In this document: piece after piece, positions 22,099 to 34,761 of the stretch | Position numbering within the stretch: position 1 is the stretch's first letter | Layout of the letters: each line of letters starts with the position of its first letter | Assembly (NCBI GenBank): GCA_963783575.1 | Contig: CAWAOD010000003.1 | Location: 32,001-96,000, forward strand | From: an uncultured Spirochaetota bacterium | GTDB lineage: Bacteria; Spirochaetota; Brevinematia; Brevinematales; JAOACQ01 | Direction: 5' to 3' | DNA length: 64,000 bases | Made by a program: the position numbers and the translations under genes | Notes under the pieces: generated by a model | Told to the model about the DNA's origin: nothing | The model's database searches: none | Seen by the model: only the letters and a program-made list of their open reading frames with translations

Positions 22099-22698
22099 AT
22101 GAAAGATAAGACAGAGAAGCAAAAAATGCTCAACAATGAACTTTATTGTCACCAGGATCTTGAACTGACCCGCGAGAGAAATATGGCTTACTCAATGATT
22201 ACCCATTATAACCGGACAAAAGATCACCAGTACAAAAAACGCTACCAGCTCCTCGAGAAACTTCTCGGCGAACTCGGCAAAAATATAGTTATCAAGCCTC
22301 CGTTTGTTTGCGATTACGGGTATAATATATGTCTTGGCGACAATGTCTTTGTCAATTATGGCTGTACTATCCTGGACTGCAACAAGGTATATATCGGTAA
22401 TAATGTACTGATCGCTCCCCAGGTACAGATATACACAGCCTATCACCCTACCGATTATCGGATAAGGCTCCAGAATCTGGAATATGCACAACCTATCAGA
22501 ATCGGAAATAATGTCTGGATCGGTGGAGCTGCCGTTATCTGTAATGGTGTAACCATCGGTGACAATACCACAATTGGAGCCGGCAGCATTGTCGTCAGCG
22601 ATATTCCAGCCAACTGCGTTGCCGTAGGAAATCCCTGCCGTGTAGTCAAAAAGCTGGATACCGGTACGCAAATTGCCGGAAATGGACCGGCCATATGA
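22099..22698 (+). CDS. maa: Sugar (maltose/galactoside) O-acetyltransferase
   Basis: PPFVCDYGYNI, IGNNVLIAPQVQIYTAYHP, IGNNVWIGG hexapeptide repeats, VAVGNPCRV. Confidence 0.88.
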   Translation: MKDKTEKQKMLNNELYCHQDLELTRERNMAYSMITHYNRTKDHQYKKRYQLLEKLLGELGKNIVIKPPFVCDYGYNICLGDNVFVNYGCTILDCNKVYIGNNVLIAPQVQIYTAYHPTDYRIRLQNLEYAQPIRIGNNVWIGGAAVICNGVTIGDNTTIGAGSIVVSDIPANCVAVGNPCRVVKKLDTGTQIAGNGPAI

Positions 22699-23333
22699 CA
22701 AATAAGTTTGATGCACAAAAGACCGTGCCGGAATTGGTTACTGATGGGAATGGATTGAAAATCATCGGGCTCGGACACATAAATATTGTCGTTGATGAGA
22801 TAAATGAAGCAACTGAGTTTTACAAAAAACTCTTTGGGGCAGTTCCTTTTCAGGAATTCCCTCATTTTAAAAACAGGGGATTTGCACTGTCCGCAGGATT
22901 CCTGGAGGATCCAGAGTCGGTGGAGGCCAGCATAAGATTCCTGAAAATACCCGGCTGCCCTTTAGTCCTGGAATTGATGGAATATCATAATCCGGCCGGA
23001 AGTAAAACCGAACTTCCAAAATCCGTCGCCGATCAGGGCGGGGTCAGGCATGTAGCACTCAGCATTGAAGGTATTGATGAGGCTTTTCAATTTGTCAAAC
23101 AAATATGCGGAGTAAATTTGATAAATAGTTCAAAGAACTATTTTCCTCATAATATCGATAATATCTATCCAGATGAATTCCATTTCTTTGACAGAGACTT
23201 AGAAGCAGATTCGGAAGCCAAGGAGGAAGTCTGCAGTATGGTAGGCACGATCAGGTATTTCTATTTTACCGATAGGTACGGAGTCCAATGGGAATTGGAA
23301 CAGGGACATAATGATACCAGTAAACGACCATGA
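22695..23333 (+). CDS. VOC (glyoxalase/methylmalonyl-CoA epimerase-like) family protein
   Basis: GHINIVVD, LELMEY, GVRHVAL, YFTDRYGVQWELEQ metal-ligand pattern; ATGA overlap with upstream gene. Confidence 0.8.
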   Translation: MTNKFDAQKTVPELVTDGNGLKIIGLGHINIVVDEINEATEFYKKLFGAVPFQEFPHFKNRGFALSAGFLEDPESVEASIRFLKIPGCPLVLELMEYHNPAGSKTELPKSVADQGGVRHVALSIEGIDEAFQFVKQICGVNLINSSKNYFPHNIDNIYPDEFHFFDRDLEADSEAKEEVCSMVGTIRYFYFTDRYGVQWELEQGHNDTSKRP

Positions 23334-24145
23334 AATATAGATTAATCGCTCTGGACCTTGATGATACCCTTTTACGAGAAGATCTGACCATATCCGAAAG
23401 AACCTGCTCAGCTTTATTAAGTGCCCAGGCTCAAGGTGTTACCATAGCCCTTGTATCAGGACGTCCAACCGGATCAATATTGAAATACGCGCAACAATTA
23501 AGGATGGATGAGTTCGGCGGTTATATCATTTCATTCAATGGCGCAATGGCAACTGAGTGTACCACGGGGAATATTTTTTTTGAACGCTGCCTGACACGGG
23601 ATAATATTCACCTTCTTTACGACCTGAGCGTCGCTTATGGCGTTTACATACATTCCTATCTCGATGATAATATAATTACAGCAAAATCGAATCCTTATAC
23701 CGCAATCGAATGCAAACTCACTGGCATGAACATCATTGAAACCGATGACTTCAAGTCTTCCATGAACCGTGATGCTATCAAGGTGATTTTGCTCGAGACT
23801 CCGGAGATTTTAAAGGATCTTTCAGTCAAACTCGCGCCGGTAATAAACGGGCGCATGAATATGAGCATCACCAAACCGTACTTCCTGGAATTCATGGACA
23901 ATGGAATTGACAAAGGACACGGATTGAGATTGTTGCTGGAATGGCTCAAGATTTCAAGTGAAGAGACCATCGCCATCGGTGACAGCTATAATGACATTGA
24001 GATGCTTAGGCTTGCGGGATTAGGTATATGTATGGCGAATGGTCCCGATGAAGTCCGGGCTGTCGCTGATCATATAACGGCCAGCAACATGGAAGACGGA
24101 GTTGCTAAAGTAGTGGAACAGTGTATACTAAAAGTCGGTAATTGA
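23330..24145 (+). CDS. Cof-type HAD-IIB hydrolase
   Basis: LIALDLDDTLL, VSGRP, FLEF...DKG, AIGDSYNDIEML, SNMEDGVA. Confidence 0.92.
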   Translation: MKYRLIALDLDDTLLREDLTISERTCSALLSAQAQGVTIALVSGRPTGSILKYAQQLRMDEFGGYIISFNGAMATECTTGNIFFERCLTRDNIHLLYDLSVAYGVYIHSYLDDNIITAKSNPYTAIECKLTGMNIIETDDFKSSMNRDAIKVILLETPEILKDLSVKLAPVINGRMNMSITKPYFLEFMDNGIDKGHGLRLLLEWLKISSEETIAIGDSYNDIEMLRLAGLGICMANGPDEVRAVADHITASNMEDGVAKVVEQCILKVGN

Positions 24146-24343
24146 AGATTTAAACTGCGAAATTTTTATTTGCGTTAAAATCAGTAACTATCTATAATAT
24201 ATAATAAATATCTCTTATTTTATCTTATAAAATCATTTAATGATATTAAAAATTTAAAAAGTAAACAATCAACTATCGAAAACTTTTATTTGATTCTTTT
24301 ATTATTTTTCTAATAATATATAAAAGCTAAATGGGAAGTTGCA

Positions 24344-27300
24344 ATGATAAAGCAAAAAAATGCCACCCTATTTCCGATAGCTGCTTTTGTTTTAATAATC
24401 CTATTCTCTTGCAGTCTTGATATTACTTTAAAGGACAGGAACAATCCTTATGACAATTCCGGCGACAACTACGGCGGACAGCCCCCTAATATATCTATAA
24501 TCTCGCCGACAAACGGGCAGATCATAGCGCCGAGTTTTACTTTAAATGGTTCGGCCTCCGATGATATAGGACTGACATATGTCTATGTAAATATTAACAA
24601 CGGCGATTTCATAGCCATACCGCTGAAAGGCACGAACACAAACTGGAGCTATAGCTTTGTCGCAATACCATTTGGGAACACCGTCATAAAGGCTTTTTCA
24701 AAAGATATCGGATCCAAGACAAGCACTACCGTTAATATCAATGTAGTTGTTGACGCTTCACTTCCCGGCATCGGTATAAACAGCCCTGCAAGCGGAGTAT
24801 TAACGAATATAAACACAGTAACCCTGAGCGGACCGGCTTCGGTCAGTTCAATATATTCCATAAACAAAATCGCCGTCGAGAACTCCGGTGGAATCTGGAA
24901 TACGGCGGCCTTCAGCGGTTCGGGAGGCAACTATTCCTGGACATACAGCGTGGCATTGTCCGAAGGTACGAACACATTCATGGCGATGGCCGTAACATCG
25001 GCGTCGAAGACAAATTACTCAGCTTACACTGTTATAATCCTTGATACGACGGCTCCGATGATAAGTCTTACGAATCTTACCAATTACCAGATATTCGGCG
25101 ACGGTTTCCAGTTTTCCGGAACGGTTTACGACCAGTACGCGGGTGGAAGCAGGGTATTTATAAAGCTCGATAATTCAATGTTCAGCGAGGTTTCAGTATC
25201 AAGCAATACCTTCAATACAAATATATCTTTGATCGCATGGGAAGGGCTCCATACAAACTATTATTATACGATGGACGCGCTTGGCAATACCTCTGCGACA
25301 AACTCCCTCATAGTCGTATTCTCATCCAGGATGCCGATGATTTATATCACAAGCCCCGCGAACTATTACATTACCAATTCGCTTACAATGCCCGTATCCG
25401 GGAGCAACACCATCGGAGTATTCTATACGATCACAAACCTTCAGGCGAGGGCAAACGGCGGCGCATAGAACCCAGTCGATATTAAGGACCTTGCGCTGAA
25501 ATACTGGACAAATACTACAACCCTGACCGCCAATACAACGAATACAGTTACAATCCTGGCATCGGCGTCAAGCGGTTTGTCAAACTCAAATTCCGTCAGT
25601 ATAATATGCGATGTTACCGCTCCGGTAATTACATTGAATTCGTTAATACCGGCATATACAAACTTAACGGCCTTCAATATAGCGCTTTCATCATCCGACA
25701 ACCTGTCGGGAATCAAAACCAATCTTTACCAGGTAAACGGAAATACGGCAGCCGGCTTCTCAGGCACGAACGCCAATATCAGCATATCGGGGTTGACGAA
25801 CGGCCCGAATACTTTTAAAATATGGGCTATTGATAACGCGGGAAACACAAGCCTGACACAGGCAGTAAATATTTATGTCGATCCGGTAATACCCTCTTTA
25901 TCCATTACATCACCTTCAAACATGTCGGTCTGGAATACTACTGCGCTGACAATTACCGGTACAACGAATGACGCGCCGCCTTCGAGCGGGATAAAAACCT
26001 TCTGGATCAGCAATAACGGCGCGGATGTAACATCGTACTTCAACGGGAGCGCTTATACATTCACCGCGAACGCGACAAATACAATCATATCTTACATAGA
26101 GGATAATGCGGGGAATAAATACGCTGTGACGAATAAAGCCATCGTAGATACGACGGCGCCGGTTATATCAAACATCAGCCCCACGAACGGGCAGAAACTG
26201 GCAACGAACATTACCGTAACGGCGAATGTTTCCGACAACCTGTCGGGTGTAAAACAGATTGACCTGCAGGTCATACAGACTAACGGGGCGAATTTCAGTG
26301 CATATTCCATTACACCAGGCACTTCAATATCAACAAATATTTTTGTTACAAATTTAGCGAATTATTATATCTGGTTCCGGGTTATAGATAACGCCGGGAA
26401 CACCAATACCACATCGAGCAATATCATATACATAAGCGACATACCGGCATTAAGCTTCACCTCTCCCGCGGTAAACGGAAGCACTATCATTACAAACGGC
26501 TTATCTGTTACGGTGAGCGGAACATCGTCCAGCGGCTGGAATTCAATAGCGTCCAATATTATCATCCTGAACAATAAGCAGACAAATTCCGTAACGGGAA
26601 CAACCTGGAATTGTACTTTAACGTTGAGCAACAATTACACCAATACGATCCTGGCTTATGCGGTCAACAATAATGGCGACATCGGTAACGCGCAGTATCT
26701 TTATATTATCGCGGACACGAATGCCCCGGTAATATCGTCCGTATCGCCGTCGAACTGCTTTACAAACATAAACAATTTTATTTTTACATTGAATGAAAAC
26801 AATAATTTCTCCGGCATACAGAGCAATTACATAATAATCGACAGTAATCCCTGGCTGGCCTTTACTGCAACAAATTATAGCATAACATCATTGACCGACG
26901 GGTATCATACGATAAGCATATATGCTGTGGACAACGCGGGGAACCACAGCCTTACGGACACCGTTTATATCACAAACGATTCCGCAATTCCTACCCTTTC
27001 GCTGACTAACCCGGCAAATGGATTGATCACCAATACGGCATCGTTAATCATCGGCGGAAAGACAAATGACACATCGCCTTCGAGTGGAATTAAAACCTTC
27101 TGGATCAGTAATAACAGCGTGTCCGTGAATACAACAACATTCTTCAACGGGAGCGCTTATAACTTTACAGCAAACACGACAAACACACTCATCGCATACA
27201 TCGAGGACAACGCGGGGAATATGAGCGCTGTTACAAATACAATCGTGATTGACACAAACGCCCCGGTGATATCGTCCGTATCGCCGACGAACTGTGTTAC

Positions 27301-30300
27301 GAATACAGGAAATTTTACTTTTACATTGAGCGAAAGCGACAACTTCTCAGGTATAATGAGCAATTATATCAATATTGACGGTACATTGCTGTCGTTTACC
27401 GGGACGACTTACAGTATAACATCATTGACCGACGGGTATCATACAATAAGCATATATGCGATGGACAAGGCGGGAAATTACAGTCTTACGGACACCCTGA
27501 GCATTACAAATGACACGCTGCCGCCTTCATTAAGCATAGGTTCGCCTTCGGCCGGATTGATTACAAACACCGCTTCATTATTTACATATATATATACAAA
27601 TGACACAACAACTCCTTCGAGCGGAATCAAAACATTCTGGGTCAGTAATAACGGTACGGATGATGTGACGCCGGATTCCGGCGGGGCAAATCATAATTAT
27701 ACCGTAAACGCGACGAACAAGCTCATCGCTTACATTGAAGACAACGCGGGAAATAAAAAGTCTATTACAAATACAATTGTTGTCGATATGGCGGCGCCAG
27801 TGTTAAGTATATCGAATATCACAAGCAATATGATTATAACAAACGCTACACCAATCAATGGGAACGCCGCGGACAGCCTTTCAGGGATTCGGAACGGCAG
27901 GGTATCGGTTTATACAAACGGCGTATTAGCGGCCAGCCCCTCTTTATCAGGGACTAACTGGGTGTCCGGAATTACCGCTGCCGAAGGCGCTATGAATATA
28001 AGCGTTGTAGCAATCGATAACGCCGGTAACACAAATACATTGAGCATACCGGTCTCAGCTTTATTCAACAGGGTATGCGTCGCTTCTACCGGGAACGACG
28101 CTAACGTTGGCAATCCGTCCAGCCCCATGCAAAGCATACAGTCGGCAATAGCGAAAGCCGTTTCGTACGGCTTAAGCGACATCTGGCTTGACGCTTCCAC
28201 GTTTACGCCATCTGCCGGTCTGAATCCGAATTCAAGCGGCTTTGGAATCATCATCACAAATAGCAACATCAGGATAACCGGAGGATTTAACGGGAGTTTC
28301 ACGGCCTCTAACTCGATGACTATCCTGAACGCAGGAGGAACGCTCAATAACGCAGTCTTTATTTCCAACGCCGTAAATGTCTCGCTGAAAAATGCCGCGG
28401 TAATAAACGCGACTAATTCCGGGATTTACATTTATAAAGCGACAAACTGTGTCATATCAAACTGTGTTATTTCCAACAATTCAGCGGTAACCGGCGGAGG
28501 GCTGGCTCTTTATTCCGCTGTTTCCAACACGCTATCCGCCTGCGTCATTTTAAATAATACGGCTTCTCAAAACGGCGCGGGGATTTACTTAGAAACTTCA
28601 ACCAACAGCACAATATCTGCCTGCATTATTTCAAATAACCAGTCTCAACAGGGAGGCGGTATCTTTTCCACATCTTCACCCGGTAGCATTTTCACCGGTT
28701 GTTATATATGCTATAATACAGTCACCTCAGCTGCCGGCGGAATATATTTATATCAATACAACGATTATGATATAATAACAAACTGTTTTATATTTAATAA
28801 CACAAGCCCGGGCAATGCGGGCGGTATCTGGTTATATGGTAATACCGCTAATTATATCAAAATTTCCGGATGCAATGTTTACAGTAATTCAGCTCAAACA
28901 GGCGGGGGAATTTATTTGTTCTCTGCGAATTATAATATTATTTCTAACAACAATATATTCAACAATACCGCGGCAAACGGGGGAGGGATTTATTTAAAAA
29001 ACGCCAATAACAACACGTTTTCCGGCTGCATTATTTCAAACAATACGGCCTCCGATTCCGGCGGAGGGATTTATATGACCAATTCCGGTTTGAACACGGT
29101 TTCATACTGCCCTGTTTACTGCAATACGGCCGCAAACTACGGAGGAGGAATTAATTTGAACGTAGTCGCCGGTAATGTAATTTTAAACTGCGGCTTCTTT
29201 AATAATACTGCGTCAGTACATGACGGCGGCGGGATTTGTCTGATAACGTCCAGCTTAAACACGATTTCCAACTGCTTTATATCAAATAATTCATCGCCTG
29301 AAGGAGCGGGTATATATTTGACTGGTTCGCCGAATAATCTTATCGCAAGCAACAGTATATGCTATAATCAAAATATGGGTGTTTACCTGTATACCGCCGT
29401 CAGCAGCAATAATATCATTTCAAACTGTAATATATTCAATAACTCGCATACAAGCGGAAATGGGGGCGGTATTTTATTCTCCAGCAGTTTCAACCAGTTA
29501 TTGAGCTGCAATGTTTACAGTAATTACGCTTCCGGCCAGGGCGGCGGAATAGCTTCATGGAACAACTCCAATATAATTTCCCTATGCAATATATATAGTA
29601 ATTCGGCTTCCCAATACGGCGGCGGAATTTATATTTCAGCCAATTACAACACGGTTACTAACAGCAGCATATATAATAATACCGCCTCGAACGGCGGAGG
29701 GTTGTATTTCACAAACGCCAGCTACAATACAATATCCAATTGCATTATATCAAATAATACTGCTTCCCAATATGGCGGAGGCCTATATCTCTACTATGCA
29801 AATAATAATACGATCAACGGCGCGGTTTATGCTAATAGAACTACAGCATACAACGGCGGCGGTCTCTATCTGGCATCTTCCACTAATAATACAATAAACA
29901 GTATCATTTATAATAACACAGCTGCAGTCAACGGCGGCGGTGTGGCTCTATCTTATTCCAGCACTAATATTATCAACGGCGCGGTCTTCAGCAATACAGC
30001 CACCAGCGGCTCAGGCGGAGGCGGCGGCGTGTATCTAATTTATTCCAGTAATAATTTAATCGTCGGCGCGGTATACAATAATACAGCGGCTGGATGCGCC
30101 GGTATTTATCTTTATAGCAGCACCAACAATAAAATACTAGGCCCTATACACAATAATACAGCTACAGTCAGCGGCGGCGGTATAGAAATGGCATATAATT
30201 CCATGTTTAATACCGTCAGCGGCGAGGTTTACAGTAATTCGGCCATGTATGGCGGCGGCCTGTTTCTTAGTACATCCAGCTACAATACAAACACAGGAAT

Positions 30301-30568
30301 GGTTTATAATAATACAGCTTCTCAAGTCGGTGGCGGTATTTGGATTGAATTTTCCAGAAATAACATATTCAGCGGAGCGGTTTCCAATAATATAGCACTT
30401 ACAGCCGGCGGCGGCATTTATTTAAGGTCTACTACTAATAATACAATCAGCGGGACAATATCTTTTAATACGAACTACGGTGTGGTGACAAATAACAGCT
30501 GTTCCGGGAACTCATTCCCGTCTATTATGAGTAACTACCCGGGACCGGTCACGAACGGTTCTTATTGA
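24344..30568 (+). CDS. Giant surface lipoprotein (~2074 aa): tandem Ig-like domains followed by a right-handed beta-helix with Pmp-like GGGIY/NNTA repeats; in-frame TAG at 25466-25468
   Basis: Lipobox ILFSC; repeated DTTAPV...DNLSGI...AIDNAGN modules; VASTGNDANVG...SIQSAI beta-helix cap; ORFs 24344-25468 and 25577-30568 share a frame and the gap is open apart from one TAG. Confidence 0.8.
25610..27790 (+). repeat. Three copies of a 537-bp (179-aa) two-Ig-domain module inside the giant lipoprotein
   Basis: Copies start at 25610, 26714 and 27251; shared PSSGIKTFW(I/V)SNN and YIEDNAGN; copies 2 and 3 share long DNA identities such as CATCATTGACCGACGGGTATCATAC. Confidence 0.8.
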
Positions 30569-30733
30569 CGACTATGCCCGGCAGTGCCGGCTCACCGTTG
30601 GATCTGGGCAGGGAATATTGAAGTGGTTCCCTCGTGGTGCTGCAAAGCGAGAAGCGGTGGACTCGGGAACCGGCGTGGTGCTGCAAAGCAGGGAGGCTCA
30701 GAATAAACTCCGACGAAACAAAAGGAGTAATTT

Positions 30734-32011
30734 ATGAAAATATTAAAACAAGTATTTTTTATCTTATTTTTTATCATTATCTCCACAACAGCTTATTCCG
30801 ATGGGAAACTGATCGCTGTAGCCGGTTTTATAAACCTCGGCGCGGCGAAGGACAACAATTTGAATATGGTCATAACGAAATCTCTTATTTTATATCTTTC
30901 AAAGATACCGAATATAACAGTGATCCAATACGACGCTGTAGCAAAATCCGCGCTTAAATCCGGACTGTGGGCTCAAACTAATATAAACATGGAAGAAGCC
31001 CTGTCTCTAGGGCAGGAATTCTCCTGCGACAAGGTGGTAATTGGAGAATATAATGCAGATGATAAAAACAACCAGATCACGATTAATGTTTATGCCTACG
31101 ATGTTGTAACTGCGGAGCTGAAGATGAAAAGGACGTACACAGGCACCACAGGCCTTGAGTTGTTTGATAATATAGATAATATGATCAAAAATGTCACGGG
31201 AGTTCTAATTGGCAGGAATATTTCCTTCGGAAAGGCAGTTTTTAATATAAATAACAGCGATGAAAACTATAAGATAGTGTTGAACGGATCTACAGCCGGT
31301 TACGCTTCGAAAAACGCCCCGCTAACAATAGATGTTCTCACAGGTGAAAGCTCTGTCGCGCAGATACATCTTTCCAATAGTGACGAGCTTTTATTCCAGA
31401 CGTCCGTAAATGTAAACGCGGGAGAAACGGTTGAAATCGAATATGTGCCTATGGGAAAGGCCATTGCGAAGCTAGGGAAAAACGATGCTAAGGTTTATGT
31501 AGACGGTGAGTTCTTTACAAACGCATTGAAAGGAGAGTCAATAGATATAACTAATCTTACAGCCGGAACTGATCATAAAATAAGTATCAAAAAGGCTTCA
31601 GGAAATCCTGAGGTCAAAATGGTTAATCTCAAAGAAGCTGAGACAGTTGTGCTTATTTTTGATGAGTTTAAGTTCCCATTCAGAATAAGCGGCTTTGTGT
31701 CATTAGGCCTGTCTCTGGCAGCGCTGGGCGGAGGCTTCTATTTCAATAATGAAATGAACTCAGACTTGAAAAACGCCGAGAAGAATTATGAAATATATGA
31801 AAACAGCACAACCGATCTTGATACTAAATGGAAAGCTTATACCGATATGGTGGCAGCCGCGAAGAACAGCTCGACAATGTCTTCAGCGTTCTTTATATCA
31901 TCGGGCATTCTTTTTACATATGGCGTCATAACAGGCTTCCTGATAAATGAGGAAGGCAATATATTCGTTGGCGTGGCGCCTAATAAGCTTTATATAATGT
32001 CGAGGTTTTGA
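30734..32011 (+). CDS. Exported protein with CsgG/TolB-N-like N-terminal domain, PEGA-like repeats and C-terminal hydrophobic segments
   Basis: Signal peptide, IAVAGFINLG, DKVVIGEY, DAKVYVDGE, two C-terminal hydrophobic stretches, terminal Phe. Confidence 0.55.
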   Translation: MKILKQVFFILFFIIISTTAYSDGKLIAVAGFINLGAAKDNNLNMVITKSLILYLSKIPNITVIQYDAVAKSALKSGLWAQTNINMEEALSLGQEFSCDKVVIGEYNADDKNNQITINVYAYDVVTAELKMKRTYTGTTGLELFDNIDNMIKNVTGVLIGRNISFGKAVFNINNSDENYKIVLNGSTAGYASKNAPLTIDVLTGESSVAQIHLSNSDELLFQTSVNVNAGETVEIEYVPMGKAIAKLGKNDAKVYVDGEFFTNALKGESIDITNLTAGTDHKISIKKASGNPEVKMVNLKEAETVVLIFDEFKFPFRISGFVSLGLSLAALGGGFYFNNEMNSDLKNAEKNYEIYENSTTDLDTKWKAYTDMVAAAKNSSTMSSAFFISSGILFTYGVITGFLINEEGNIFVGVAPNKLYIMSRF

Positions 32012-32490
32012 TACCATAGAGAATTTTCAATTCAGCGTCTATTGTCTTCCAACCCATATCGCATAAACTTTCATAATGAAACCTTATTGCTTTTAATATC
32101 AGCCATTTCAGTGCTCATTTCATTATTTTTATTGAAAATAAGCATATCATAGCCATGAGTCTGTCAGACAGGGTCCAGTCAAATTATTTACATATTTTGA
32201 TATCATTATTAAAAATGAATTGCCATTTACTGAGATTTTATTATAAATAAAGAATATTTGTGACAATTTGTATAAAATATTATATAATAATTCGGTTAAC
32301 ATATGGAAACTTTCCTGCTTGAAAATTAATAAAAAAGGGGGGTATTATAAGAAAGCTGCATAAGTTAATTTAGATAAAACATATAGTGAAAAAGAATTTG
32401 GATCAATTGAATAATTATTAATACGGAATATTTGGATCAAAAAGTCTAACCGCCAAGAATCAATACTGTTATATTATCGATGGATGTTGT

Positions 32491-34613
32491 ATGAGGCATA
32501 TTTATTATGTTTTGCTGGTAATTATACTTTTGCTGATAACAGGATGTTTTAATGAGCGGGTAAATATAATAAAAGTGAGACATGGGTTCATTAATTTATC
32601 GGATATTAATTTTAAAAATGAACAAACAATAAAATTAGACGGTGAATGGGAATTTTACTGGAATAAATTATTAACATCGGATGATTTTGTCAATATCAAT
32701 TCCAATATACAAACTCTTACATTGCCCGGTTCCTGGACAAAAGACATTAACCCCACAAACCAGGTTTCCAGATTCGGATTTGCAACTTTACGCCTAAAAT
32801 TTACAATAAAATCCGGTAGCAATATTATTTATGGATTAAGAATCCGGGAAATTTGTACTGCTTACAATCTATTTTTAAATAATAATTTAATATTATCCAG
32901 TGGCACGGTTGGACGGAATAAATCCGAATACAGCCCGAAATGGAAGAATCAAGTAGCGATTTTCAATCTCAGCCAACCCACCAATGAATTTATTCTTCAA
33001 ATTGCCAATTATGATCATATTTACAGTGGTGTATTATACAGTTTAGAATTCGGCCGGGTTGAAGAAATAGTTAAAAATCAGCAATACAGCCGTAACCTGG
33101 ACATGTTTCTTTTCGGCATTCTAATAATTATGGGTTTGTATCATCTGGGTTTATTTATTTTGAGAAGAAAAGATCTGTCCACCTTTTATTTTGGAATATT
33201 TACTTTATTAATCGCATCGAGGGTATTATTAACAGGGGAAAGAATACTGATTGATAATATCAATTTCTATGACTGGCAGTTCTTTACAAAGATTGAGTAT
33301 CTGCTTTCTCCTCTGGCGTCAATGTTTTTTATTTTGTATCTTGAGGTTCTGTATCCTGATGTGCTGAAAAATATTTTCACAGGTATTTTTAAATTAATAA
33401 GCATCATATATGCATTGATAGTAATTATAACTCCTGAATCGATATTCAGCGAAATCTTAAATTATTATTTTATAATAGTATTTTTAATCTGTTCTTATAT
33501 AATTTATGCTTTAATAAATGCTATGTTAAAAAAAAGGAAGGATGTTTTATTAGTTTTAATAAGCTTTTTTATTCTATTTATTTCAATCGTAAACGATGTG
33601 CTTTTTCTCAATCTTGTTGTTTATACCGGTTTGTCACTCCCTTACGGGGTGTTTCTTTTTATATTGTCACAATCCTTTCTTTTATCAATACGATTTTCAA
33701 AAGCATTTAATGATATAGAATCGCTAACCGTTCAATTGGAAGAATATAATTTAAGACTGGAAGAAAAGGTTGCCGGCAGGACTAAAGATCTTGAATTAGC
33801 AAATATTCAGATTGAAAGAGACAAAAATTTACTGAAACTCAGAAACATTGAAATGGAAAATCAACTGGAAATGGCTAAAAAGATTCAACTAAAATTAATC
33901 CCTCAAATATCACCCAATAAAAATATTTCTTTTCTCTATAAATCAATGGATAAGGTCGGAGGTGACTTTTTTGATATTATACAATTTAAAGAACCGCATT
34001 TAATCGGTATATTTGTTAGCGATGTATCAGGTCATGGCGTACCCGCAGCGCTGATAACATCAATGTTAAAAACAATCATCTCCAAGAACCGTCATGAAAA
34101 TAAATAATCCGGCAAATTTTATGATGAATTTAAACAATTCGTTATACAATCAAACCGGCGGTAATTTTATAACAGCGATCTACGGCATCTACAATCAAAA
34201 ACTGAGACATTTTACATATACTAATGCCGGCCATAATAATCCCTTTATTATAAAAAAGGATAAAATTGATATGCTGGAAAATGTAAATAAGAGACATGCC
34301 TCTGGCCATTATAAATAATGATGAATTAAAGGCAATTAACAAATCATTCAAAAACCATACGGTGGTATTAGAAACTGATAATAAACTCATTTTATATACG
34401 GATGGTATTACAGATACAGTGGAAAATAATAATAAAAATATTGATTCTAATACAGAATTCTTTGGAAACACTAGACTTATGAAAATATTTCTGGAAAACA
34501 AAGAAAAATCAGCCGGTGAATTTGTAGATATAGTTTATAACCAACTTGTTCAATTCCGGGGAAGCGATAACTTCGATGATGATGTCTGCCTTATCTGTGT
34601 AAATATTGAATAA
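32491..34613 (+). CDS. 7TM-DISM sensor fused to SpoIIE/PP2C phosphatase; frameshifts near 34090 and 34290
   Basis: KLDGEWEFYWNKLL extracellular domain, MGLYHLGLF 7TM block, VGGDFFD, SDVSGHGVPAAL, NAGHNNP, LYTDGITD, DDDVCLI. Confidence 0.87.
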
Positions 34614-34761
34614 TTAAAGAAGTTACTCAACCTGAAACATGTTTAAATGCTTTGTAAATATTATAATATAAAAACAGGTGATTTTGTGACATTTAGAATA
34701 ACTTATTATATAATAATAAGATTAACGATAGAAAACTATAAGATTTGATAATCAATGATGA

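Noticed and set aside
28067..30568. Repeats as a CRISPR array or DGR template/variable pair
   Set aside because: Repeats are degenerate, in-frame protein repeats; no constant repeat-spacer pattern, no reverse transcriptase, and no adenine-specific mismatch pair noticed
30592..30957. ORFs 30592-30786(-) and 30634-30957(+); also a c-di-GMP-I riboswitch reading of the GCAAAGC motifs
   Set aside because: The ORFs overlap the better-supported 30734 gene; the riboswitch GGCAAAC...GAAA P2 arrangement is not present
32012..32200. Possible gene fragment on the minus strand after the PEGA-like gene
   Set aside because: Short open stretches only, no motif I can assign
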